From a virus: 64,000 bases of DNA. A program made the translations under genes and the position numbers. The first letter of the stretch is position 1. Every line of letters starts with the position of its first letter. The notes under the pieces were generated by a model. The model did not search any database. It was given only the letters and a program-made list of their open reading frames with translations, and was not told the origin of the DNA. This document shows positions 19,864-30,005 of the stretch, in pieces. The stretch is from positions 1 through 64,000 of the IMG/VR virus record IMGVR_UViG_3300025121_000030; one strand, given 5' to 3'.

Positions 19864-20352
19864 ATGATAATTATGAAAGTAAAAGAATTATTTGAAACAC
19901 TTAAAGGTAAAGAAGATTATGATATTAATATTAATTATAATCTTTATGATGATTTTGAATTAGAAACTAATGATGAACTAAAAGAAGTAAATATTATATT
20001 AATTGATGAAGATGAAAATTATGAAGATGACGATAATGAATACGAAGAAGATCAAATAGAAGATTATTTATATAATTTTAACGAAGATGATTTAATCGAA
20101 TTAGTAAATAAATTAGATATTGAACATGACACTTCTGATAATTTATCAAAAAATGATTTAATATCTAAAATAATTAATTCTGAAGATGAAGATATTATAA
20201 AAGATACTTGTGAAGATTTATTTAATTATAGTTATGATGATTTTATAATTGACAATAATTGGAGACATAGCAATTATGAATCAAAAGATATTAATGATTG
20301 GGATGTAGATGATCATTTAGCTGCTTGGTATGACCATATGATGGAAAAATAA
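19864..20352 (+). CDS. highly acidic hypothetical protein
   Basis: D/E-rich 162-aa ORF with RBS. Confidence 0.7.
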   Translation: MIIMKVKELFETLKGKEDYDININYNLYDDFELETNDELKEVNIILIDEDENYEDDDNEYEEDQIEDYLYNFNEDDLIELVNKLDIEHDTSDNLSKNDLISKIINSEDEDIIKDTCEDLFNYSYDDFIIDNNWRHSNYESKDINDWDVDDHLAAWYDHMMEK

Positions 20353-20386
20353 ATAATAATGTAATTATTAAAGGAGGATTAATTTA

Positions 20387-22060
20387 TTGTCAAATTACCC
20401 ACCACAAAGATACATATATAAAATTAATTCTACTAGATTAAGAAAATCAAAATGGAATTTAAATATTAGTATTGATGAAGCATCTGATAAAAATGAATTA
20501 GTTTCTTTGGCAGAAAGTGCATTAATTAGATTTATAGATATTATAAATAAAGTTAACACTAAATCTATATATGAAAAAGTTAATAATGTTTATAGGGATA
20601 TAAGCAAGATAAAAAAACTACCTACTTCTATTGATAATCGTAGAAAAATTAAATCATTATATAATAAAATATATGATTTATTATTGATAAAGGATTATGT
20701 TTGTATAGTAATAGATAACAATAAAGATTTTGATAGAATGAATAGTAAGAAAGGATTTTATATTAACGGTGTTAAATTTAAACATCTACTAGGCACTCCT
20801 GGAGGAGTAAAAAAATATACAATAACTTATGTTAGTGAAAATGTTTATGAAGATTTAGAAAATAAAATAGATAATGGTAGAAATATGAATAATAATTTTA
20901 TACCTGCAAAACTAGAATCATATAAATCTTTAGTTACTTCTTCTAGTATTCCTGTATCAGATCCAAAAGGAATACTAGTTGTAAATGACTGTATAACAAA
21001 TTTTAAAGCAAATGTAATTAAAATAGATGATACTATATCAGAGTATCCTGATATTGTATATGAAAAAGATTATCCTATTGAATTAAATGATAGTGATGGG
21101 TATGGTATTATCTCACCTGAATTAAGTAGAAGATGGATAAAAGAAATTAATAATGATAAAAGTATTGATGAAGAAGATAAAGAATATTTTATACCTAGTG
21201 GATATTGTCTGCGTAATTCTTTCTGTAAAGGCATGATTTTTTCGTTTAATTTCCAAGATTTTGCAAAAAATATAGCAAATAAAAAATATATAGTTAAGGA
21301 TGTTTGGAATGAAGATAGAGACATTAGAAATATAGAATTAATTTTAACAACCTCAATGCTTAAACTTTGGGATTCTTATGATTCACTTGAACATTATCTA
21401 TCTTGTTGTAAAAATAATGGATATTCATTTAGTATTACAAAACATACACCTAAAGTATTGGAAAATGAACGACATACAAATTACCAATTTTTGCAATCTT
21501 TATACTTAAATACTGAAGGTATTGAACAGTTAATTAAACCAACGACAGAAGAAATACATGATATTATTAGTAAGGATTATAGAAAAAGTATATTATTTCT
21601 TAAAGGTATACATTTAGATAAAATTAATTTTAATAATGAAGAAAATGATTTTATTAAAGCGTTAATGATTGATAAAAGAATGATAGATGATTCTTTTGTC
21701 AAAAATAAAATACATAATACGATTAAAAAAAGAATTAAAGATGCTAAGATAGGTGTATTAAAGACAAAGGCAAATTACTCTATTGTTTCAGGTGATATTT
21801 TTAGTTTATGTCAAAATATATTTGGAATGGAAGTAACAGGTTTGTTAAAAGAAGGAGAATTTTATTCTAAATATTGGAATGATTTAGATGTAGATAAAGT
21901 TGCTTGTTTTCGTGCTCCTATGACTTGTCACAATAATATTAGAATATTAAATTTGAAGAATACAGAAGATATGCGAAAATGGTATAAATATATGAATACA
22001 ATTACAATTTTTAATTCATGGGATACTACTGCTCATGCTTTAAATGGTTTAGATAAGGAT
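20387..22060 (+). CDS. yonO: YonO-like single-subunit RNA polymerase, exon 1
   Basis: PAKLESY, SDGYG, RNSFCKGM, TTSMLKLW, TNYQFLQ, CFRAP, ends LNGLDKD; position ahead of the SPbeta-like late genes. Confidence 0.88.
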
Positions 22061-23100
22061 TGATTACAGTCCCTTATGTTAGTAATAACATATGAAAAAT
22101 CCGGTGAACTTGCAGAGCAAGGTGTCACATTGACTTAATTGTTTGTAGTAGGAAATGACTACTTAACAATGTGGCTAACAGGGGAAGTCTAAGTGTGTGT
22201 TTATAATCAAGGAGGAATAAAATATAGAAGTTTGGAAAAATATTAATATAAATGGTCTGGATTATGAGGTTAGTAATTATGGTAATATTATAGGAGTTAG
22301 TTCTGGAAAATTATTAAAAACTAGATTAAATAAAGATGGATATGTTTGTGTAACTGTTGGGAAAAATGATTGTAGAATAACTGAAAGATTACATAGATTG
22401 GTTGCAAAATTATTTATTAATAATATTAATAATTATCCAGAAGTTAATCATAAAGATTTTGATAGAACTAATAATCATGTCGATAATTTAGAGTGGGAAA
22501 CACATGAATATAATATTAAATATACAGTTTTACATAATAGACATATTGCAAGAGATGGAAGAATGAAAGGTGAAAATAATCCAAATTATAACAATAATAG
22601 TTTAAAATTAAAATACATGAATAATCCAGAATTAGCAAAACTAAATAATTCTAGACCAAAAGAGCAAAATGGCAGAGCAAGAAAAATACAATTATATGAT
22701 ATTAATAATAATTATATAGATACTTTTGAATATATAGGTGCTTGTGCAGAATATTTAAGGGATAATAATTTTACAAAAGCAAAAGTTGATTCTATAAGAG
22801 GTAATATAATACTAAGTATTAATAATAATAAATCATATTTAAAACATTATTATAAATTTGTTAGTTAAATTAATATAAATAAACACACATATGATAATCC
22901 TGTGCGAAATCTTAATAATTATTAAGATAATCGTTAAACGACTATCCTGAAATAGTGGTGAAATTCCACAATAGGAGTAGGACTGTAGCGATACAGTGGG
23001 TGAAATTCCCTTAAATCGAAGTGCCGGACTCCTTAATTTTTTAAGGATGATGATATAGTCTAGTCCCTTTTGAAATACTGCGAAAGCAGGGGTACAATCG
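22061..23100 (+). mobile_element. group I intron carrying a homing endonuclease
   Basis: P1 ggaU/Gucc with U-G at 22060; P3 tccgg/ccgga; P7 gactat/atagtc; terminal G 23100; splicing restores the frame (DKD|SDCVFTTNN). Confidence 0.92.
22224..22868 (+). CDS. intron-encoded NUMOD4-HNH homing endonuclease (probable ATA start)
   Basis: EVWKNI..YEVSNYG..GY..V..HRLVA..F..EVNHKD..NN...NLEW; AGGAGG 8 nt upstream; enclosed by stem gtgtgtttat/ataaacacac. Confidence 0.88.
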   Translation: MEVWKNININGLDYEVSNYGNIIGVSSGKLLKTRLNKDGYVCVTVGKNDCRITERLHRLVAKLFINNINNYPEVNHKDFDRTNNHVDNLEWETHEYNIKYTVLHNRHIARDGRMKGENNPNYNNNSLKLKYMNNPELAKLNNSRPKEQNGRARKIQLYDINNNYIDTFEYIGACAEYLRDNNFTKAKVDSIRGNIILSINNNKSYLKHYYKFVS

Positions 23101-24174
23101 AGTGATTGTGTATTTACAACTAATAATTCTACGATACTTAATTCCATTAAAGAAACAGATGCAATATTTTGTGTGCAAAAAACAGCAGATAAAATAATTC
23201 CTAAGAAAAAAGATTTTATAAAATCAAATAAAGATGGATTTGGAGATGATATAGGTGTAACAACAAATCATATCACTTCAATGTTTGATGTATTAGTAAA
23301 ATTTAAAGAAGATAGTAAAGAATATAAAGAAGTATTAAATAGAATTATGTGTGGGCAAAATTATCAACAAAATGCGATAGATAAAATTAAAGGTATAGTT
23401 AGTAAAAAAATACCTAAAGAATGGTATGATTATCGTTCTGCTATTAGTGATTTTGATAAGAGTATTGTAGCAAATAAAAAACCTTATTTTTTTAATTATA
23501 TATATCCATATAGGAAGAAAGTATATGATAGATATATAAACCAAACTAAAAATACTTGTCTTATGAGATTCGGTATAACCATAGATGAGTTAATAAGTTT
23601 AGAAAATAAAACAGAGGAACAAATTGAATATCTTAAATGGTATTATATTAAAATGCCTGTATCTATAAGTAAATCTGTGATGAATCGTATTTGTTGGAGA
23701 ATTGAAAAAGAGTTTGATAATTATAATATAATTAATAATAATGATTTTGATTATTCAATACTAATGACAAATAGTAAATATTCTAAAGGTAGATACAATG
23801 CTATTAATAAATTATATCAAGATTATACTGAAAAAACACAACAATATTCTCAAAATATAAAAAGTAAAAGAATTGATAATGAAGAAAATAAAATACATAG
23901 ACAAATTTTAAAAGATACTTTTAAGAAAAAAGCATATGAATTATGTAGTAATGCTGAAGAATTATGTAATATTGTAATTAGTATTTGCTACAAGAATAAT
24001 AATTCTAAACAATTTGCATGGGATATTTGTGGAGATATAATTATTAACAATTTATTAAAAAATAATAATTATATTGTATCATACCCTATTTTAAATAAAT
24101 TTGGTGATATTGAGTTTGGTGGTAATAAATTTTCGATGTTTACGGAGGATATTAATGAAAATAATATTGAATGA
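23101..24174 (+). CDS. yonO: YonO-like RNA polymerase, exon 2 (spliced product ~915 aa)
   Basis: SDCVFTTNN..., IGVTTNHITS, QQNAIDKIKG, KKPYFF. Confidence 0.88.
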   Translation, partial: SDCVFTTNNSTILNSIKETDAIFCVQKTADKIIPKKKDFIKSNKDGFGDDIGVTTNHITSMFDVLVKFKEDSKEYKEVLNRIMCGQNYQQNAIDKIKGIVSKKIPKEWYDYRSAISDFDKSIVANKKPYFFNYIYPYRKKVYDRYINQTKNTCLMRFGITIDELISLENKTEEQIEYLKWYYIKMPVSISKSVMNRICWRIEKEFDNYNIINNNDFDYSILMTNSKYSKGRYNAINKLYQDYTEKTQQYSQNIKSKRIDNEENKIHRQILKDTFKKKAYELCSNAEELCNIVISICYKNNNSKQFAWDICGDIIINNLLKNNNYIVSYPILNKFGDIEFGGNKFSMFTEDINENNIE

Positions 24175-24949
24175 AAAAGTATTATTAAATAAATCATTAA
24201 ATGATGGATATGTTGATGATAAACCAAGTATCACAATAAAATTATTAGCAAAACATTTTTTTAAGATTGGTCAAGATAAGGAACAAGTTATTGATTCTAT
24301 TGATAATTTTATGAGCAATAATTATAAGAAATATAATTTTATGAATTGGAAAAATACCATTGAGAATATTGTAAAACAAGTTAGTAATTTATCTGATTAT
24401 GAATTTTTTTATATTATAAATATATTAGTATATGAAGATGAACTAGAAATTATAAATAGTATTAATAATTTAAGATTAGAAAAATTAGCTTTTGTCTTAC
24501 TTGTTTATTCTAAAATATATAATCAAATGAATAAAAATAAAGCTAATTGGGTTAATTCAAGTTTAAAAGATATTTTTAGTGATACAAAAATGGCAATAAG
24601 TAAAAAAGATCAAGGTTTAATGATTAATAAATTAAAAGATATGGAATTAATAGAGGTGTCAAGAAAAGTTGAATGTACTAATATGAAAGTTTTATTTGCA
24701 AAAGATGAAGGTAAAGTTGCTATTGAAATTATTGATTTTATAGATTTTATATATGAATATTTAGATTGGAAAGGTTATAGAATTGATGTTTGTGAAGGAA
24801 ATAATTGTTGTAGATTAATTATAATGAGAAATAATAAAAATAAATATTGTAGTGATTGTGCTAAAATAAATAAATTAGAACAAAATAAGTTGTGGAAAAG
24901 AGAATATGATAAAAGTAGGAAAATAGAAAATAGTAATAAACCATTATAA
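24155..24949 (+). CDS. phage protein with a C-terminal Cys cluster, overlapping the RNAP end
   Basis: GGAGG RBS, ATG 24155 (MKIILNEK); C..CC...YCSDC. Confidence 0.75.
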   Translation: MKIILNEKVLLNKSLNDGYVDDKPSITIKLLAKHFFKIGQDKEQVIDSIDNFMSNNYKKYNFMNWKNTIENIVKQVSNLSDYEFFYIINILVYEDELEIINSINNLRLEKLAFVLLVYSKIYNQMNKNKANWVNSSLKDIFSDTKMAISKKDQGLMINKLKDMELIEVSRKVECTNMKVLFAKDEGKVAIEIIDFIDFIYEYLDWKGYRIDVCEGNNCCRLIIMRNNKNKYCSDCAKINKLEQNKLWKREYDKSRKIENSNKPL

Positions 24950-25015
24950 ATAAAGAGTTTTATAACTATATATAAGAAAAATCTTATATGGAAACTATAA
25001 GTAATCACGGTGGAT

Positions 25016-25064
25016 GTCTTCGGACTACACTTTAGAGAGTTAGGATGCGTCCTGCTCTCTTTTT
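25016..25064 (+). terminator. UUCG hairpin followed by a terminator-like stem-loop
   Basis: gtc-ttcg-gac at 25016-25025; agagag..agga..tcct..ctctct+tttt at 25034-25064. Confidence 0.5.
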
Positions 25065-25161
25065 AATTTCCTCATTCGTTTTCTATTTTCGTTTCCTATT
25101 AAAAAATTTGAAATACAATAAACTAAATAAAATAAACTACAAAAGGAGAATCAACGTAACA

Positions 25162-25353
25162 TTGAAACAAATCAGTCAACAAGAAAAAGAATGGTTAATC
25201 TCTAAAAAAATTTTAAAAATGGAAGGTGGGAAGTATCCTGATTTGTCTGGTACTTCAAAAAAGAAGAAAAGTAAAAGGAAAAAGATTTTAGTACCTGATT
25301 GGATGGCAGATAGAGTTTTTAAGGATATGTATAAGAAAGATGTTATAGAATAG
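25162..25353 (+). CDS. small basic protein
   Basis: AAGGAG RBS then TTG; Lys-rich; the longer 25045 start lacks an RBS. Confidence 0.55.
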   Translation: MKQISQQEKEWLISKKILKMEGGKYPDLSGTSKKKKSKRKKILVPDWMADRVFKDMYKKDVIE

Positions 25354-25390
25354 TAAGCAACAAAAATTTTCCGAGAGGAATTGATATCTT

Positions 25391-26611
25391 ATGAAAGAAT
25401 TAAAAAAGATTTTTGTAGATACAAATGTACTCTTAAGTCCAAAATTTAATTTTGATAATTATTCTCGTATATATATAAGTATTGTCTCAATTGAAGAATT
25501 AGACAAACTTAAAAGAGATGAACGAATATCATATCAAGCAAGACAAGCAATTAAAAATATTAATTCTGCTGATAATGTAGATATTATAATGAATGGTGTT
25601 AATATTTGTGGTGTAATGTTTTCTAATCAAAGTAATGATAATATGATACTGTCTATGGCATATACTACTTATGAAAATAATGATAAAGATATGATTTTTA
25701 TTTCAGATGATTACAATTTAATTGTTAAAGCACAAGCATTAGGATTACCATGTAAAATGTTTGAGTTTGAAGATGGTAAGAGTAATGATAAATATAATGG
25801 CATTAGAAAACTAACTTTGACAGAGCAAGAATATGTTAATTTACTTGAAAATCCTAATTTATATAATTTTCAACCTAATGAATATATAATAATTCATAAT
25901 ACAACATCTAATGATGAATATTTATTTACATGGAATAAGTATTTTGAAGAAGTAAAAATTAAACCAATAATAAATAAATATGTAAATAAAATTGTACCAT
26001 TAGATATTTATCAAAAAGCATTTATACATATGCTTCAAAATGATAATATAAAAATTAAAATAACTGATTCAAAATATGGCGTAGGTAAAAGTTTTTTGAT
26101 GATACATTGGGCATTGCAAATGTTAGACAAAGAAAAAGTTGATAAGTTATATTTTGTAAAAAGTGATTCACCACCTAAAGGAAGAAGAGAATTTCCTGCA
26201 ATCCCAGGAGATGTAGTAGAAAAGACATCTCCTCTACTTGGTGTTTTATGTGATACCACCTCGGAAGATAATATAATGGATATATTACTTAGAAATAATA
26301 GATTAGAAATTTTACCTATTCAATTTGCTAAAGGTAGATCACTTCGTAACTCTATATTGTATATAAATGAGGCACAAGATTTTACACCTTCTGAAATGGA
26401 AAGATTACTTTCTAGAATTGGTGAAGGAACATTTGTATTATTAGATGGTTCTACTATGCAGATTGATAATAGATACTGTTTAAATAGAAATGGATTAACT
26501 GTTACAAGCAATAATTTCAAAGATAAATATATTGCAGGGCAAGTTAATATGATAGAAGATCATAGAAGTGAAATTAGTAAAATGGTAAGTGAAATGGATT
26601 GGAAGGATTAA
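25391..26611 (+). CDS. phoH: PIN-PhoH family protein
   Basis: FVDTNVLL PIN motif, ND..IL, SDDYNL; GVGKS, KGRSL, INEAQD, SRIGE, GS..QID. Confidence 0.92.
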   Translation: MKELKKIFVDTNVLLSPKFNFDNYSRIYISIVSIEELDKLKRDERISYQARQAIKNINSADNVDIIMNGVNICGVMFSNQSNDNMILSMAYTTYENNDKDMIFISDDYNLIVKAQALGLPCKMFEFEDGKSNDKYNGIRKLTLTEQEYVNLLENPNLYNFQPNEYIIIHNTTSNDEYLFTWNKYFEEVKIKPIINKYVNKIVPLDIYQKAFIHMLQNDNIKIKITDSKYGVGKSFLMIHWALQMLDKEKVDKLYFVKSDSPPKGRREFPAIPGDVVEKTSPLLGVLCDTTSEDNIMDILLRNNRLEILPIQFAKGRSLRNSILYINEAQDFTPSEMERLLSRIGEGTFVLLDGSTMQIDNRYCLNRNGLTVTSNNFKDKYIAGQVNMIEDHRSEISKMVSEMDWKD

Positions 26612-26674
26612 AAAGAATAATGGTCGATATTCTATACCTCTTCTACACTATTTTAAATTGAATTGAGGAATTGT

Positions 26675-27877
26675 ATGGAACATTTAAGAAAAGATAACGA
26701 ATCAGATTATGATTATATAATTAGACTTATTGAAGGTAAATCAAATGGAATTTATGATATTGATTATGTTGAATTATTTAAATTAGCATTTGGGGTAACA
26801 TTGAATTCTGATGAATGTAGGAAAAGGTATTATGGTTTAAAAATGCTTCTTCCTTATCTTGATAAAGAAAAGATAATTAATATTAGTGATGATAAGATAT
26901 TGAATGAGTATGAGCAAAAATTACAAGAATTACAAAAAGAAAAAATAAAAGTTCAAACAGAAAAAGCAGTATTATCACAATTATTAAGAGAGGATGCAAG
27001 ATTTGAATTATTTACTGAAAGAGCAATTCAAGCAATAAAAGAAATTCAACCTCTTCCATCCCCTATTAAAATTATTAATAATAAAAATAAAACAGAAGGA
27101 TTGTTGTGTATTTCTGATGCACATTTTGGAAAAGAAATTTTAATTAAAGGACTTAAAGGTGAGATTATTAATGAATATAATGAAGATATATTTAAACAAA
27201 GAATGTATAAACTACTTGATAAAACTATAGAAATTTGTAAAAAAGAAAATTTAACAGAAATACATATAATGAATCTTGGTGATGAATTAGATGGATTAAT
27301 TCATCTAGGACAACTTATAAATTTAAAATATGGTGTTATTGAATCAGCAATTAAATATTCTTATTTCATAGCAACATGGTTAAATTTATTAAGTGAAAAT
27401 GTTAAAATAAAATTTTATTCTACATGTGGAAACCATACAGACTTGAGATTGTTAGGTACTAAAAAAGGGGAATTGCCACATGAAAATATTAGCAAAGTAA
27501 TTTTTGTTTTAACAAAAGAAATATTAAAAGATAATCCTAATATTGAATGTATGGAAAATGAAACGGAAATGATATATACACAAATTGCAGGATTTAATGT
27601 TTTAGGTACTCATGGTGAAGAAAAAGATGTTCAACAATCAATTAGAGATTATTCATATATGTATAATGAAGATATTTCTTACCTTGTAACTGGTCATAAA
27701 CATCATGCAAATAGTATAAATTTAGGTGTTTCTAAAGGTACTATTGGTGTTGGTTCAATCTGTGGATTAGATGATTTTAGTTTAAAAATTAAAAAGATTT
27801 CTGAAGCAAGTTCTACATTTGTTGTTTTTGAAGAATGTGTTGGTAAAACAATTGAATATAATATTAGTTTGAATTAA
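26675..27877 (+). CDS. metallophosphoesterase (SPbeta YonJ-like)
   Basis: SDAHFG, LGDELDG, GNH, HG, GHKHH. Confidence 0.88.
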   Translation: MEHLRKDNESDYDYIIRLIEGKSNGIYDIDYVELFKLAFGVTLNSDECRKRYYGLKMLLPYLDKEKIINISDDKILNEYEQKLQELQKEKIKVQTEKAVLSQLLREDARFELFTERAIQAIKEIQPLPSPIKIINNKNKTEGLLCISDAHFGKEILIKGLKGEIINEYNEDIFKQRMYKLLDKTIEICKKENLTEIHIMNLGDELDGLIHLGQLINLKYGVIESAIKYSYFIATWLNLLSENVKIKFYSTCGNHTDLRLLGTKKGELPHENISKVIFVLTKEILKDNPNIECMENETEMIYTQIAGFNVLGTHGEEKDVQQSIRDYSYMYNEDISYLVTGHKHHANSINLGVSKGTIGVGSICGLDDFSLKIKKISEASSTFVVFEECVGKTIEYNISLN

Positions 27878-27883
27878 AATAAA

Positions 27884-28489
27884 ATGCCGAAAGGTAATAT
27901 ATACATGGAATATTTAATACCAAATGATAGAATAATGGATGAAATGCGTATTAACTCTGCTATGAGAGACAGACGTATTCTATTTTCTGAGGAAATAGAA
28001 CGAGATTCTATTTTTAAGGTAATGTATTGGCTAGATAGACTTAAATTACTTGACAAGAAAAATAATACTAAAGAACCAATAGAAATAGTTTTAGACACAT
28101 ATGGTGGTGATGCGTACTCAACAATTGCTTTATGCTCCAAAATAAAAAGTATGATTAATGAAGGATATAATATTATCATAACAGTTCATACTACAGCTTT
28201 TTCTGGTGGATTTTGGTTGCTTATATGTGGTTCAGAACGTAGAGCATTACCTGATTCTAGAATTATGGTTCATAGTATTATATCAGGTTCATTTGGTAAA
28301 CATCAAGAAATGATTGATGATATGGAAGAAACTAATACTATGTGGAAAAAGTTAAAAGAGATAGTTATTAATAATACTAATATAACTGAAGAAAGATTAG
28401 AAGAAATTAAGAAATTAAAATATGATTGGTACTTTTGGGGAAGCGAAGCATGTCAAGACAATCTAAAAGTAGTTGATTATTTAATTTAA
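27884..28489 (+). CDS. clpP: ClpP-family protease
   Basis: RRILF, TYGGD, AFSGG (Ser), IMVH (His), DWYF (Asp). Confidence 0.88.
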   Translation: MPKGNIYMEYLIPNDRIMDEMRINSAMRDRRILFSEEIERDSIFKVMYWLDRLKLLDKKNNTKEPIEIVLDTYGGDAYSTIALCSKIKSMINEGYNIIITVHTTAFSGGFWLLICGSERRALPDSRIMVHSIISGSFGKHQEMIDDMEETNTMWKKLKEIVINNTNITEERLEEIKKLKYDWYFWGSEACQDNLKVVDYLI

Positions 28490-28500
28490 GGAGAAAACAT

Positions 28501-28875
28501 ATGAACGATAAAACAAAAACAATATCTCAAACACAAATACAAGAACAAGAATTAAATACCACTCCCCTACTCTCTTCTACATCAGAAGTGATTCTATTCT
28601 TTGAACCATTAGAGATATCAACTGATAATCTAGCAGAAGATACTAATATTCAATTAGATTTAGATGAATTTAAAAGAGGATTAAAAGATTCTTCATATTA
28701 TTCTGGTTTTTACACAGGTTTAATTAATTCAGGTATTTCAATGGATGATTCTATTACGTTAATTCTGAATAAAATGAATGTCGATCATAGTGTACAAATA
28801 ACTAATATAAATGCTAATGCTACTATTGAGAGTTCTAAAAATGCGACAATATTAAAGGAAAAAGATATGTTGTAA
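28501..28875 (+). CDS. hypothetical protein
   Basis: AAGGAG RBS. Confidence 0.7.
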   Translation: MNDKTKTISQTQIQEQELNTTPLLSSTSEVILFFEPLEISTDNLAEDTNIQLDLDEFKRGLKDSSYYSGFYTGLINSGISMDDSITLILNKMNVDHSVQITNINANATIESSKNATILKEKDML

Positions 28876-28939
28876 TAATTAAATTATATTTATTACAATT
28901 ATAAAATAATAATATAAATTTAAAGGAGAATATTAAAAC

Positions 28940-29620
28940 ATGCAACTAACAACCAAACATTACTATGATGATGAAACTTTTGAACACGTAAAAAGTAAGT
29001 TTTATATTGATGGTGAAGAAGTTGATTTTGAATCTTATCAAGATTTTGTTGGTGGTTTAAGTGAATATAATAAAGAAGAAGTAAAAAAAATAAATGATAG
29101 TCCTTATACATACGATGACGATGAAGTTTGTGATTGTTGTGAAGATTGCGAAGGATGTAAAGAAGATGAATTTGATTACGGAGAATTGTTAGAATTATTT
29201 GCTAAGAGAATTCAAGAGACAAATGGAAATAAAATTTCTATTAAATCTATTTTAGACGAATTTGCGGATAATTTTATTGAAGATTATGATGAGGAATCAG
29301 TTGATAAATGTGATGATTGTGAAAATAAAGATATATGCTTAGATATTAGTATTATTGAAGAATTTTATGATCGAATTGAAAACTTAGATTGTGATTGTAG
29401 TTCATGTATAAAAAATGTTTTATATGAATTGTTTATGTTGGGTAAGGAAATTGGATGGAACGATTGTGAAAAGGAATTTGTTAATGATACAAATAAAAAT
29501 GAAAAAGAATCTAAAACTAATATTACATGTAATTTAACTGTTAATAATACAAAAGATGATATGAATAAAGTTGCTGAACAAATACTTAACATGATTAATA
29601 ATTCTACTAGATGGGGTTAG
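28940..29620 (+). CDS. acidic Cys-rich hypothetical protein
   Basis: CDCCEDCEGC, CDDC, CDCSSC; AAGGAG RBS. Confidence 0.7.
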   Translation: MQLTTKHYYDDETFEHVKSKFYIDGEEVDFESYQDFVGGLSEYNKEEVKKINDSPYTYDDDEVCDCCEDCEGCKEDEFDYGELLELFAKRIQETNGNKISIKSILDEFADNFIEDYDEESVDKCDDCENKDICLDISIIEEFYDRIENLDCDCSSCIKNVLYELFMLGKEIGWNDCEKEFVNDTNKNEKESKTNITCNLTVNNTKDDMNKVAEQILNMINNSTRWG

Positions 29621-29652
29621 ATAGTCGGAAGGACAATTAAATAATCATAGAT

Positions 29653-29684
29653 AAAACCCATTAATTATTATCTTAATGGGTTTT
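29653..29684. terminator. intrinsic terminator (possibly bidirectional)
   Basis: aaaacccattaa/ttaatgggtttt IR. Confidence 0.6.
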
Positions 29685-30005
29685 AATGTGTGTTTATTAT
29701 TTAGTATAGAAGTGAGATTTGGTTGTAATATTTTTTAGGTTAGTATTAGATTATAAATATAATAATTTTAAATATGTTTATTTTAAGAAGTTAAGTAATT
29801 GGGAATTAGCTATTCCCTCTCTACACATCCTAATTTCTATTTTATTTTTATATGCGTGGAGAAATGGAGGATAAATTTAAAAATATTTGTGTAACGGTAA
29901 TTTAATAATTGATAAAGATAATTTTAATAAATATTATAATTTTAAATTTGATAATTTATTAGATAATGAATACAAGTATATTACTTTAAAAGGAGATGAT
30001 GCCAG

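Noticed and set aside
22061-22063. TGA readthrough or an alternative genetic code
   Set aside because: Explained by the group I intron; TGA is a normal stop in other genes here
22839-23147. Minus-strand 102-aa ORF (likewise 46724-46906)
   Set aside because: Antisense to the group I intron cores
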